This document shows positions 32,234 to 43,212 of a DNA stretch of 64,000 nucleotides, piece by piece. A program made the position numbers and the translations under genes. How positions within the stretch are numbered: position 1 is the first letter of the stretch; each line of letters opens with the position of its first letter. Source of the stretch: an uncultured Spirochaetota bacterium (GTDB taxonomy: Bacteria > Spirochaetota > Brevinematia > Brevinematales > JAOACQ01); assembly GCA_963783575.1 (NCBI GenBank), contig CAWAOD010000004.1:128001-192000 (forward strand), written 5' to 3'. Under the pieces are notes generated by a model. It saw only the letters and a list, made by a program, of their open reading frames with translations, was not told where the DNA came from and ran no database searches.

Positions 32234-33497
32234 ATGGCTGTACTGCTCATAGAAAATAATGATTATAAAAATTTTTATCCGATCATTGAAACTAAATTTC
32301 TATGGGATATCACAACCGGTATCTTTACTCCATATCAAAGATATGAAAGGCAATTTCATGATGTGAAGGTTTTTTCCTCAAGGATGAATGAAAAACCTTT
32401 TTCTTACTTAAAAGATGACCTGCTTGATAAAGCTTATAATCCCGAACATAATATAAACACCATTATCAATTCACAGTTTATACCTTTTGAAAATCTTTCG
32501 CCGCAAATCAACCGTATAGGTATTACAAAGGAAGGCCAGTTTGTATATATACGCCTGGAGGATATCAAACCTGATATTATTGAAATGGTATTGAATAACG
32601 ATATTTCCCCTCTCTTAAAGAAATACCAGGTAAAGGAGATTGACGGAGGAATTTTTTTAAAGAATATTTCGGGACATGATCAAGAACAATTCTATGGCTA
32701 TCGATTACGAAACATATCTTATCAAGAGCGACAGTAATTTTATTTCCCCCAACAACAATATTTATATCGATAAAACAGCTAAGATTCAGCAGTTTGTTTC
32801 GTTACAGGCCGATAACGGGCCTATCATCATTGATAAAGGGGCGCAGGTAAGGGCATTTTCAATCATTGACGGCCCAGCATATATCGGGAAGAATACAATT
32901 ATCGACAGCGCAAAGATCAGAAGCGGTACAACCATTAAAGATGTCTGCAGGATCGGAGGTGAAGTAGAGGAATCAATAATTGAAAACTATTCCAATAAGC
33001 GTCATGAAGGTTTCCTGGGCCATTCCTATGTTGGAAGCTGGGTTAATATCGGCGCTATGGCAACAACCAGCGATCTTAAGAATAATTATGGAACAGTAAG
33101 GATCCAGGTTGGGAATGATATTATCGATACACGGATGGATAAATTCGGCTCAATAATCTGCGATTATTCCAAAATCGGTATTGGTGTTATGCTGGGAACC
33201 GGAACTGTAATTGCCGGGGGATGTAATATATTCAGGGAAGAAGAGAGACTTTCTAAGTTTATCAGGCCCTTTAGCTGGGGAATGAACGATAGATATGAAA
33301 TCGAGAGGTTTATTCAGGATGAAAAGAAAATAATGGGCCGCAGGAATGTTACACTTTCCGACTCGAAAGAACGTTTTTTGCGCGGGATCTATCAAAATTC
33401 TATGGAATCGCCGGGCAATAAGCTCAATAATAATATGACAAAAGCCGCAAAACAAAAACCGGCTTCACAAAAACAAAAGGAAACTGCTAAAAAATAG
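32234..33497 (+). CDS. GlmU-related sugar nucleotidyltransferase/hexapeptide protein, split by a 1-bp frameshift near 32670
   Basis: GGEVE, NKRHEGFLGHSY, SDLKNNYG; removing one base restores KNIWDMIKNN. Confidence 0.75.
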
Positions 33498-33521
33498 TTT
33501 TCTGCAATCAATCATTATAGT

Positions 33522-34112
33522 TTATTTTTTTCTGCATATGAATTCACCGTTTCCAATCGGAACAATTAAACAGTCAAACCTGCTGTCATTTTCCGCTTTA
33601 TCGATCATCGGTTTTATTTTTTCGTAATGATTAATTGCGTTATCAGCTACTAAAAACCCATTTTTAACCAGATTCGGTGAAACGATATCAAAACATTTTT
33701 CATATATTTCCTTTTCCGCATCTAAAAAACAAAACGCAATATTATTTAATCTATTTCCTTTTTCTAAAAAATCTCCTTCAATCAATTCGACATATTTTTC
33801 AATATCAGCCATTTTAAGCGTTTCTCTCGCTAATTTTATTTTTTCCGGTAGTATTTCAAAGGTTTTGATTTTTATATTTCTTTCTTTCGCGGCCAGGGAT
33901 AACCACATTGTCGAATAACCGGCGCTTGTTCCGGTTTCAATAAATTCGCCATTCGGACAATTTGATGCAATTAAAGATATAAACTTGCCAGTTTCAGGAG
34001 GGACCTGTCTTAATCTCCGCATTCTTGGCGTTCCGTCATTTCTGTCTTTCCTGTCAATTCCCTCCAGATAGCTCATTCTTTGGAATATTTCAGGGGATAT
34101 TTCATGAAACAT
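33522..34112 (-). CDS. O-methyltransferase
   Basis: ETGTSAGYS, FLDAEK, ADNA. Confidence 0.88.
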   Translation of the reverse strand: MFHEISPEIFQRMSYLEGIDRKDRNDGTPRMRRLRQVPPETGKFISLIASNCPNGEFIETGTSAGYSTMWLSLAAKERNIKIKTFEILPEKIKLARETLKMADIEKYVELIEGDFLEKGNRLNNIAFCFLDAEKEIYEKCFDIVSPNLVKNGFLVADNAINHYEKIKPMIDKAENDSRFDCLIVPIGNGEFICRKK

Positions 34113-34157
34113 TTATTGACTCCATCAAAATTGCTTAATATTTTTATAATAATAAAA

Positions 34158-34664
34158 TTATTGATTTGATAAACGCATAACCCTAAGACGGTATTGGCCG
34201 AATTCACCTTTTTGATTGACGTCCTTAAAGTTTGCGGCACGGATTTTAATAATACCGCTGAAATTTGTGGCTTTTATTCCTGTTTCCGCGTTTGATATAG
34301 TTTGCCCCATTATGTAATTTACAGTAAGATCCGGTAAAACAAGAATAATAACAGGCTGAAAATTACTTGACCAGAGTTCGATTTTCAGATTTTCATTATT
34401 TGTAACATTTAATGAATATTCCTCATAATAATTTCTATATTTAAAAGTCCCAGCTTCTTCTTCATCGAATTTTGAGCCCGGATTCAGCTTACTGACAACG
34501 TCAATGCGGACTTTTGCACCGGCCGGAATATTCCAATTCTGAACAATCTGCCTGACTGAATTTCCTATAGAACCTTGAATAATTGCTCTTGTTAGAAAAT
34601 AGGCCGTAATTAGAAGAATAACAATAATTCCGCTGATCACAAATAAAACATTCCGAGTTCTCAT
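34158..34664 (-). CDS. Hypothetical membrane-anchored protein
   Basis: N-terminal TM followed by a beta-rich domain. Confidence 0.6.
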   Translation of the reverse strand: MRTRNVLFVISGIIVILLITAYFLTRAIIQGSIGNSVRQIVQNWNIPAGAKVRIDVVSKLNPGSKFDEEEAGTFKYRNYYEEYSLNVTNNENLKIELWSSNFQPVIILVLPDLTVNYIMGQTISNAETGIKATNFSGIIKIRAANFKDVNQKGEFGQYRLRVMRLSNQ

Positions 34665-34883
34665 ATAATCATCCCGGTTATTCTCCTGCCAATAGTAATC
34701 CGGAAAATATGAAAATAGTATAGGCAAATTGATAAATTAAATCAAATTTCTTGATTTCAAGAATATTATCAGTATTAAAAACTATTTACTCAAATTTTGC
34801 ATCTTCTATTGCTTAAACAGACTTAATATTGTTAAAGAATTTATAATAAATCAATTTTGATTATATAAACGGAGGATAAAAAT

Positions 34884-35381
34884 ATGAAGAGACTTTTAAA
34901 GTCAATGTTTGTGTCGGGTATTGTTGCCGGGGCAATCTTAAGCATTGCAGTGTTATCATACGCAGGTGACAATAAAGAAGGTGATAAGGGTTTTAAAGGG
35001 CCGGATGGCAGCCAGAGAATATTGAGAATGAAAGATAAGCTTGGTTTAACCGATGATCAGGTTAAAAAAATCACTGTCATATTTGATGTAGAGAAAACCG
35101 GCATGAAAGCTTTATTGAAGCAGAGGGGCGACGATCTCAAAACGCTTGGCGAAAAGGTAAAAACAGGCGCGAAAGACGAGGAATTGTTACCTTTAATTAC
35201 CGCTGTACAAACCGATAATCAAAATTTAATGACCGAAGGGAAGAAAGATTTGGATCAGGTTAAGGAAATTTTAACCCCAACCCAACAGGCAAAATGGATT
35301 TTATCAATGAACAATCGTTGGGGCCATGGAAAATTCAACCGTGAAAAAAAGAAAGAAACAGATGAAAATAAGACTTTGTAA
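34884..35381 (+). CDS. Spy/CpxP family periplasmic protein
   Basis: Signal peptide; LGLTDDQ and ILTPTQQ (LTxxQ) motifs. Confidence 0.85.
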   Translation: MKRLLKSMFVSGIVAGAILSIAVLSYAGDNKEGDKGFKGPDGSQRILRMKDKLGLTDDQVKKITVIFDVEKTGMKALLKQRGDDLKTLGEKVKTGAKDEELLPLITAVQTDNQNLMTEGKKDLDQVKEILTPTQQAKWILSMNNRWGHGKFNREKKKETDENKTL

Positions 35382-35413
35382 TTCAGAAATTAAATTATTT
35401 TCCTGAAATCAGC

Positions 35414-35445
35414 AGGCTGCGCCTTTAAAGGTGCAGCCTTTTTTT
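35414..35445 (+). terminator. Rho-independent terminator
   Basis: aggctgcgcc-ttta-aaggtgcagcct then a T run. Confidence 0.8.
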
Positions 35446-35541
35446 ATAATTGGCTTAATTATTTTCAGCAAATTGAATAAATTAAACTTATTATTGATAT
35501 TTTTGATTTAAGTCGCACTTGAAATTATATTATAATCAATC

Positions 35542-36366
35542 CTATTTCCTTATGTTACGCCTGTATTCCCTGGGCGACATATTCATGATTTTACGAAAAT
35601 AGCGGTTGAAAAAAGAAAGATTTTGATACCCTGCGTCGAACGCTATGTCTATGATTGTCCTGTCAGTTCTTTTAAGCATCTTACAGGCCTTTTCTATCCG
35701 GATGAAATTGATAAATTCAAAAAGCGGCTTCCCGGTTCTTTCTTTAAAAGCGCGGCAGAAATATGTGGCATTCATCCCGCTTTTCCGAACAATATCATTA
35801 AATTCAAAATTATTACTGTAATTCTTTGCGATATCATCCAGGATTACTGATATCGGATCCGTTATAACGGGGGCATTCCTGTTCTCAAACCGGAAAAGCA
35901 GAATGAAAAGCTCAAGTAATTTAACCTCAATCATTACTTTTCTTTCCATGTTATATTCATTATATTCCTTCAGCAGCGACAACATTACCGGTATAATCTT
36001 ATCGGAAAAGTCTTTATTGAACAGATAACAAATCGGTTCGGTTTTATTTCGATAAAAAGGAAGCCCTCTGATAAAAATATTATCTTTACTTGTGTTAAGA
36101 ATATAACCGAGCCATGTTGAATTAAAGAATGCCCTTATAATGCGGATTTCTGCCGTAATGGCAATAGAAGAAGCTGCCTCCGGAGGTATAACTATGAGCT
36201 GTCCTTCCCTGACAACGCTTCCGCCGGTGTTAAAACGGCAGTATAGTTTTCCCTGTTGTACATATATTACCTGATAAGCTTCCCGGCATTCAAAAGACAT
36301 TTTTTCTGGATGCATAGTTAAGTCTTGAATCAGAAAAGGAAATTTCGGATCAAGGTCTGGCATCAT
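35542..36366 (-). CDS. AraC family regulator
   Basis: IAFDAGYQNLSFFNRYFRK..SPREYR. Confidence 0.92.
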   Translation of the reverse strand: MMPDLDPKFPFLIQDLTMHPEKMSFECREAYQVIYVQQGKLYCRFNTGGSVVREGQLIVIPPEAASSIAITAEIRIIRAFFNSTWLGYILNTSKDNIFIRGLPFYRNKTEPICYLFNKDFSDKIIPVMLSLLKEYNEYNMERKVMIEVKLLELFILLFRFENRNAPVITDPISVILDDIAKNYSNNFEFNDIVRKSGMNATYFCRAFKERTGKPLFEFINFIRIEKACKMLKRTDRTIIDIAFDAGYQNLSFFNRYFRKIMNMSPREYRRNIRK

Positions 36367-36370
36367 AAAT

Positions 36371-38198
36371 TCATTCTATAATCCGTTCATCAGCTCTGAA
36401 TAGAATGATTTCACCCGCGTCTTCAAGACTCCGGATAATAGCGGCTATTTTCTGCTGGGCATTTTCAACTTCATGCAGTCTGATTGAGCCTATTTCCTTC
36501 ATCTCTGTAAGAACGGCCTTGCTTTCCTTCCCGGATAAATTTTTCAGCAGGTATTCCTTTACCTTTTCATTTACCGATTTTAATGCGCATGCAAGCGTTA
36601 TTACATCGGTTTCTTTAAGGACTTTCCGGATGCTTTTTTCATCAAGGATAATAATATCTTCGAAAACAAACATATTCTGTTTTAAATTCGCGGCAATTTC
36701 AGGGTTTCTGGTTTCTATGGCTTCAATTACGTTTTTCTCAATACTCCGGCTGGTATGGTTCAAAATATCCGCCGCCGCATTGACTCCTCCGGCTAAAGAT
36801 AATGATTCACCGCTTGTAATATCAAGTTTTCTTATAAGAACCCTTTCAATCCATCTGATTACATCCGGTTGGACATTGTCAAGACCGGCGATTTTTTCAA
36901 TTATTTCAGGGGCTTTATCGATTAAAACGGATAAAATCTCGGCAGCTTTCGGTCTTTCCAGATATGAAAGTATCAGCGCTATCAATTGAGGCCTTTCTCC
37001 GCTGATAAAAGTTGCCAGCAGAGCTTGAATCGCATCTGTTCAGGAAAGCAAACGGGCGTTCGGTTTTGCCTCCCTCCAGCGATGATTCTGACTTCTCCGC
37101 CGGCGCCTCTTTAAAATTTAACTGTTCGGATAATACATCCTGCCGGTCCGCGATATCCCTGATTTTTTTATCAAGGCTGTCAAATTTACCGGATATCTCG
37201 TTCATAAATCCCTTTAAAGGCTCCAATATGGGATTATTTTGATCGGTTATCTTCTGTTTTTCGAGCAGTATATTCTCAAATTCCAGAATATTTGAATTGT
37301 GATCTTCATCAATAATCAGTTCATACCTTTTCCCTGTTTTAATTTTATTCTGTTTGAATTGCGCCGCTTTCTGACCGCCGGCATTCAAAACAACCTTGCC
37401 TTTTTCATAACCGGGAAGCCTGATCAAAGTCCCTTTTTTCATCCGTAATAATTCCCTTACAGAAAGTTTATCCCCTGTTATACAGAATTTTGATTCGGCC
37501 TTTGCTCCAGCGGCAATGCGGATATTATCGGGCTTTTCCATTTTTATTCCGGAATACCAGTATTTTGCCGAAAGTTTTGGCATAATTGGCTCCAGAGTAA
37601 TATATGGATAACACAGATTCAGCCGTCCTTCAACTTTACCGATGTTCAGGAGAGTTGAAACAGTTATTACCATTGCATTTGGAGGAACAATCAGCGCGTT
37701 TTGCGGCCGTGTTTCGATTGAACGGATCATAGGTTCAAGTCCGATAACATTTGACCAGGATATTTTCAAATTTTCCAATAACTTTGAAAAGACGCCGTAC
37801 ATAACTGAAAGCTCAATATCTGTTAATTCCTGGTTTTCCATATTGCTTCCTTTCCCGCCGGTTATCCTGTTTATTACCGAATGAGTAATTACCGGAGAAA
37901 TTTCCATGAGTGATGTTCCTTTCAAAGGCTCCATTCCATTTATACTTAAAACCGTCGGGTATGCAAGTGATCTGATAAATTCCTCAAAGCTCTTTTGCTC
38001 GACAAATTCAACCTTCATATGGCACTGCAATCTCAGCATGGCTGAAAAAGTTACCGAATTAAGCCTTGCGTAAGCTTCGTGCATTAACTGCAAGGTCCTG
38101 AGCTGGTCAAACTGAAATTTATCGGGACGCCTGAAATCGTATTCTTTTACTTCATCATTCCGGCTTTTTATATTGGATTGATTTATTCCATTATTCAT
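36371..38198 (-). CDS. FliM-FliG(M+C) fusion, split by a 1-bp frameshift near 37020
   Basis: FliM core YDFRRPDKF...LEPIMPKL; then PFAFL / LLATFISGERPQLIALILSYL (EHPQ-like), MFVFEDI and VENAQQKI of FliG. Confidence 0.75.
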
Positions 38199-38201
38199 AA
38201 T

Positions 38202-38465
38202 TTATCCCTCTTTATTAACCATATTTTTTATCCTGACCGCGAAATTTTCATCAATCACAACCACCTCGCATTGAGCTACTTTTTCGCCGGACACATAAAC
38301 GTCAGCCGGCTCGCCGGCCATTTTATTCAGTTCAATGATAGTGCCCGGCCCCATGGCCGATAATTCATCCACGGTAATCATTGTTTCACCAACGGAAACC
38401 AACATCGGGACTTTGACTTCCGTCAGCCTGCTTTTTCTTTCATTATCCATAAACATCTCCTTCAT
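38202..38465 (-). CDS. fliN: FliN-like SpoA domain protein
   Basis: GTIIELNKMAGEP...EVVVIDENFAVRI. Confidence 0.85.
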   Translation of the reverse strand: MKEMFMDNERKSRLTEVKVPMLVSVGETMITVDELSAMGPGTIIELNKMAGEPADVYVSGEKVAQCEVVVIDENFAVRIKNMVNKEG

Positions 38466-38714
38466 TTAAAAAATCCTCGACACTTTAAAGTAATAAGCCC
38501 CTTTCCTTTTAACAATTTTGCCGTCCGCAATCACCTGGCCCCCTGCTTCCAATTCACAAAGGGATTCACTTTCCGGTATGGTATAATTATTATCCCTTCT
38601 GATCCGTACAATACCCATGGGGCTCAGCTCAGTCCTGTGGATCACTACATTGGGTTGTACTTTTACCCTGTCTGCGGTGGAAGTTTTTAAAAAAGACTGT
38701 ATGGCGTCTGTCAT
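38466..38714 (-). CDS. Small protein, possibly a degenerate SpoA domain
   Basis: AGGAG RBS; abuts fliN; ELEAGGQVIADGKIV resembles SpoA strands. Confidence 0.55.
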   Translation of the reverse strand: MTDAIQSFLKTSTADRVKVQPNVVIHRTELSPMGIVRIRRDNNYTIPESESLCELEAGGQVIADGKIVKRKGAYYFKVSRIF

Positions 38715-38787
38715 TATAAGCTCCTTTATTTTATATTTGTATTATTAAAAATTTTCTTGTATAATCGGCATTGAATCACTGATACTG

Positions 38788-39905
38788 TTACGCTCCATCT
38801 CCCGTCAAAATATCCTCAATCATCCCGGGGTTCAGGCCGGATATAACTTCTTTGACCTGAACAGCCCGCCGTTTACCAATTATACCGGCTTTTTCCTTAA
38901 ATTTTATATTGCCGCCTATCATTACACAGACATCCGAATTAATAGAACCGGATAAACGGATAACATCCCCGCCGCGGATGCCATTCACATCCCTGAATTT
39001 TAAATCTGTTCCGCTGAGCTGTACCGACACATCAATAGCTATATCTGAAATTTGCTCCCGGATCAGTTCCAGGCTTTCCGATGATACCCCGCTTCTGACG
39101 CTGGAGTACCAGAATTGCGATGACAGCTTTGATATGATCGGTTCAATCGTCATATAAGGAATGCAGAGATTAATCATTCCTTCCACATCGCCTATCTTTG
39201 TGTCAAATGTTGTCAGTAAGACCATACTGTTATAAGGAGCGACCTGAGCGAATTGAGGGTTTGTCTCAACATTTCCGAGCCTTGGCCGCAGGTCTATCGC
39301 ATTTGCCCAAGATTCCCTGAAATTCCCCAGGAGCCTGACCAGGATGCCTTCCATTACCGGCATTTCGATATCTGTCAATTCACGGTTGGCTTTGAGCGGT
39401 TCTCCTTTCCCTCCAAAAAGCCGGTCGATCATAGCGAAAGCAATACCTGGATCGATCTCGATCACGGCGCTGCCTTTGAGCGGGTCCATATTGATTATCC
39501 CGAGCGTTGTAGGAGTCGGTATCGAACGGGTAAATTCCTCGTAGGTTAATTGATCGACTGAAACCAGGTGAGCCTGAACCATTGTCCGGAGCTGGGCTGA
39601 AAGTGATGTTGTGATAAGCCTCGCAAATGTTTCGTGCATCATCTGCATTGTCCGCATGTGGTCTTTGGAGAACCTGTCAGGCCTTCTAAAATCGTATACC
39701 TTCAGCTTTTTTTTTGCCTTTTTACCGCAGGATAACCTTCAATACGGATATTTTCCTTCTGTCCCGATTCCGCGGGATTATAATTCCCGCTTCCAACGGC
39801 TGAAAGCAAGGCATCAATTTCATCCTGAGATAGTATCTCACGAGATAGTATCTCACGAGATAGTATCTCGCGGGATAATATCTCCTGCATCTGAATTTCA
39901 GGCAT
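38788..39905 (-). CDS. fliM: Flagellar switch protein FliM, frameshifted at an A9 tract (39707-39715)
   Basis: LSQDEIDALL, then after the shift LKVYDFRRPDRFSKDHMRTMQMMHETFAR; ETNPQF; SpoA C-terminus. Confidence 0.88.
39827..39886. repeat. 15-bp tandem repeat x4 (EILSR) in the fliM N-terminus
   Basis: gagatagtatctcac x2, gagatagtatctcgc, gggataatatctcct. Confidence 0.92.
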
Positions 39906-40374
39906 AAATTCTCCATTCATGATTTATTCTATTATTATAAAACACAGCGTGTGCTGATTCCAATACTATTTTAAATAATGAATTATTATTGCAGGTTTAT
40001 AAATAAAGCAGGCTATTGAAAACGCTGGTAAGTAAGTAAGTCTTAATTTTTAAAAAAGTATTGTGAAAGATCAGGGAATAAATTTATGTGGAGGCCTGGC
40101 TTCCGGAAAGAAAGGCCCATTCACAACTTATCGGCGAAGCCCTTGTCAGGGCTTTATCCGCTTCAGGCCGTCAATTGCCTCAAAAAAAAGAACACAGGAT
40201 TCGCAATCTAATCAAGCCGGTTTATATCAGTTAACCGTTTTTTGCAATTTTTATATATTTCCGGTACACTAATTTTAGCTGGTAGAATTAAAATATTTTT
40301 CGTTAAATTGAAAGAAGTCGTCAATTATTCAATAAACCTTTCAGGCGGCATAAACTCTGATTAAAGAGGTTTTT

Positions 40375-40788
40375 ATGGCTGATAAAGTAAATGATATTAA
40401 CACCTTAATAAAAATCCTGATTGTTGATGATGATGATAATGCGCGGTTCATATTAAAAGAATTTCTCAAAGAATTTAATTGCTTTTCGATTCAGGAGGCA
40501 AAGGATGGAAGGGAGGCTGTAGGTTTAGCTTCTATAGATGATTATTCTTTAATTTTAATCGATATAAAAATGCCCAGGCTTGACGGACTTCGTGTAATCG
40601 AAGCCCTTAGAATTGTAGAACCGAACCATAAATTCATAATCATAAGCGCATATCTTAACAAAGAAAACCTTGACAAAGCAAAGAGTTTTGATATTGAAGA
40701 AAAACATATACTGGAAAAACCAATCAACTTCAAAATATTACTCTCGTCAATAGAGGATATCCTGAGGATCAAATTGGTGAGCATATAA
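40375..40788 (+). CDS. Single-domain response regulator (CheY-like)
   Basis: IVDDD, DIKMP, ISA, EKP. Confidence 0.9.
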   Translation: MADKVNDINTLIKILIVDDDDNARFILKEFLKEFNCFSIQEAKDGREAVGLASIDDYSLILIDIKMPRLDGLRVIEALRIVEPNHKFIIISAYLNKENLDKAKSFDIEEKHILEKPINFKILLSSIEDILRIKLVSI

Positions 40789-40806
40789 GAACGGAGGCAA
40801 GGTTTT

Positions 40807-42573
40807 ATGAAGTATTACCCGTTATTACCTTTGTTCTGCTCTATTTTTGTCTTATTTTTCACCGCTAAGATTTATTATGAAAATAAAAAGAGTCCCGTCA
40901 ATCAGGCTTTTGTTATTTTATGCCTTGCCGTTTCATTTATTTCATTTACCGAGTTTATGGTAGAACAGGCTGATAATGTTAATACAGCACGTTTCTGGAT
41001 TGTGCTGAGTTCGTTCAGGGCTTTTACCATCGCTTTTCTATTTAATTTTACATTGATTTATACCGGCTCAAAACTGTTGAAGAATAAGCTGATTTATATA
41101 CTCATTTATATGCCGGCGGCGGCTCTTTGTACCGTTTTTATTTATTTCAACAGTAATATCATATTGATTAAAGAGTCATGGGGATTTTCCACTTTCCAGG
41201 GAAATTATGATAAAAATTATTTTACGGCGATCAAGTTTCTTGCTATATGGGCATCTTTTTTGATTTATTCATCATTTTTTATCGTTTTATTATATTTTTT
41301 AAAAACAAAGGATAAAAGGATAAAATTACAGTCTAAATATATCACAATTGCATTATTATTTCCGAATATGATACCGCTGATTTATATCCTGGCGCAGATA
41401 CAAAAAGCCAGAGTTCCTTTTGTTACTCCGCTGCCTGTAACGTTGATGGCTTTAATTATAGGTTATTCCATCTGGAAGCATAAACTTTTTGTATTAAATC
41501 CGGCCGCAACCGCGGAGAATATTATAACAACTATGAGGGACGCTCTATTCCTGGTTGATCCTGATGGAACAATCCGAAAAATAAACCCCGCCGTAAAAAA
41601 TATGCTTCTTTATGAGGAAAAAGAATTAATAGGTAAAACCATCATATCATTATTTGCCGATGAAGAAAAAGGGGCATTTTATAATGGCCTTTCGGAGATG
41701 ATTAAAACGGGCGGCGTTCATAATTCTGAAAATAATATTGTTACAAAATACGGGGAAAAAATTCCCGCCCTTTTTTCCTGCTCCGTGTTGAAGGATGATC
41801 TCTATAATACCGCCGGTCTTGTTTGCGTGGTAAAAGATGTTTCTGAATTGAAAAAACTGCAGGAAAAGCTTATTAAATCGGAGAAAATGTCCATTATCGG
41901 CAAGCTAAGCTCTGAATTCGCTCATGAAATAAGAAATCCTCTGAATATCATTGTCGGTTATTCCGAGATGCTGAACTATAAAAAAGATCTGAACAGCGAA
42001 ATACTCAAGGAGTACAGCAGGATAATAAATAAACAGGTGGATAAAATCAACAATCTTATAACTAACCTGTTGTTGTTTGTAAGGGATGATGATTTAAAAA
42101 GTGAAAAAACCGAAATCATATCCTTTATAAATGAATTCATTAAAGAACAAAATAAATACGGCATTATTAGTAATGAAAATATAATTTTGAATCTGGAAAC
42201 GAAAGAGGAAAAAATAGAAATGGATATCGATAAAATAAAAATGAGGCATGTCCTGGGAAATTTACTGATAAATAGTGTTGAAGCGATTAATGAAATAAGC
42301 AGAGAAAAAGGAATCATTATAATAAAGATAGAAAAAACCGGGGATAGTGTTCAAATATACTTTTATGATAACGGTTGCGGAATTGAGACAACAAATTATG
42401 ATGATTTATTTGAACCGTTTAAGACTTCCACAATATATGGAATAGGGTTTGGACTGGCCATTATTCAAAAATTCATCAAAAGCCATAACGGTAGAATCGA
42501 TGTCCGCAGTGAGCCAGGTAATTATACCGAATTTATAATTACTCTGCCCGTAATAAACATCTGTCAGGGGTAA
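40807..42573 (+). CDS. Multi-TM PAS histidine kinase
   Basis: About 7 TMs; PAS; AHEIRNPL; NLLINS, DNGCGI, GIGFGL. Confidence 0.92.
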   Translation: MKYYPLLPLFCSIFVLFFTAKIYYENKKSPVNQAFVILCLAVSFISFTEFMVEQADNVNTARFWIVLSSFRAFTIAFLFNFTLIYTGSKLLKNKLIYILIYMPAAALCTVFIYFNSNIILIKESWGFSTFQGNYDKNYFTAIKFLAIWASFLIYSSFFIVLLYFLKTKDKRIKLQSKYITIALLFPNMIPLIYILAQIQKARVPFVTPLPVTLMALIIGYSIWKHKLFVLNPAATAENIITTMRDALFLVDPDGTIRKINPAVKNMLLYEEKELIGKTIISLFADEEKGAFYNGLSEMIKTGGVHNSENNIVTKYGEKIPALFSCSVLKDDLYNTAGLVCVVKDVSELKKLQEKLIKSEKMSIIGKLSSEFAHEIRNPLNIIVGYSEMLNYKKDLNSEILKEYSRIINKQVDKINNLITNLLLFVRDDDLKSEKTEIISFINEFIKEQNKYGIISNENIILNLETKEEKIEMDIDKIKMRHVLGNLLINSVEAINEISREKGIIIIKIEKTGDSVQIYFYDNGCGIETTNYDDLFEPFKTSTIYGIGFGLAIIQKFIKSHNGRIDVRSEPGNYTEFIITLPVINICQG

Positions 42574-42577
42574 TGGA

Positions 42578-43183
42578 ATGAACTTTACGGAACAAAATAA
42601 GAATAACCCGGATTATGAAATTGTAATATTCGGCGCTTCCGCAGGAGGGCCGAAAGCATATAAAAACATACTGCCTCTATTTCCGAAGGATTTCCAGACC
42701 AGTATCATACTGGTTCAGCATATGCTTGTAGGCCCATTTATTCAGGGTTTTGTCGATGGATTATCCAAATTAAGCATAAATATTCAAATCCCCGGTGATA
42801 ATGAACCGATACTTCCAAATAAAATATATGTTGCCCCTTCCGGATATCAGTTGATAATCAGAAATAAAATCATGTTTCTTTCAACAGAAAACAATAATTA
42901 TAATTTCTTCCCATCGATTGACCCGACTTTTATATCAGGGGCCAAATGCTACAAAAATAAAACCATAGGCGTTATATTGACAGGTATGAGCGCGTTTTTT
43001 GATGGGGTGGAAGGCTGCAGGGCAGTAAAAGAAAACGGCGGAATGACGATAGCTCAAAGCGAAGAAACCTGCTCTATTTTCGGAATGCCAAAAGAAGCTA
43101 TCAACGCAGGATTTATAGATTATATCGTCGATCTGGACAAAATTCCGCAAAAGATAATGTCTTTAACCGGTTACAAAAAATGA
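42578..43183 (+). CDS. cheB: Stand-alone CheB methylesterase domain
   Basis: GASAGG, VQHM, PSID, TGM...DG, FGMP; no receiver domain. Confidence 0.88.
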   Translation: MNFTEQNKNNPDYEIVIFGASAGGPKAYKNILPLFPKDFQTSIILVQHMLVGPFIQGFVDGLSKLSINIQIPGDNEPILPNKIYVAPSGYQLIIRNKIMFLSTENNNYNFFPSIDPTFISGAKCYKNKTIGVILTGMSAFFDGVEGCRAVKENGGMTIAQSEETCSIFGMPKEAINAGFIDYIVDLDKIPQKIMSLTGYKK

Positions 43184-43212
43184 TGACCGTATTTTATAAT
43201 TAAATTCATTCC

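Noticed and set aside
39827..39886. CRISPR array
   Set aside because: Contiguous 15-bp units without spacers, in frame within fliM; no cas genes seen
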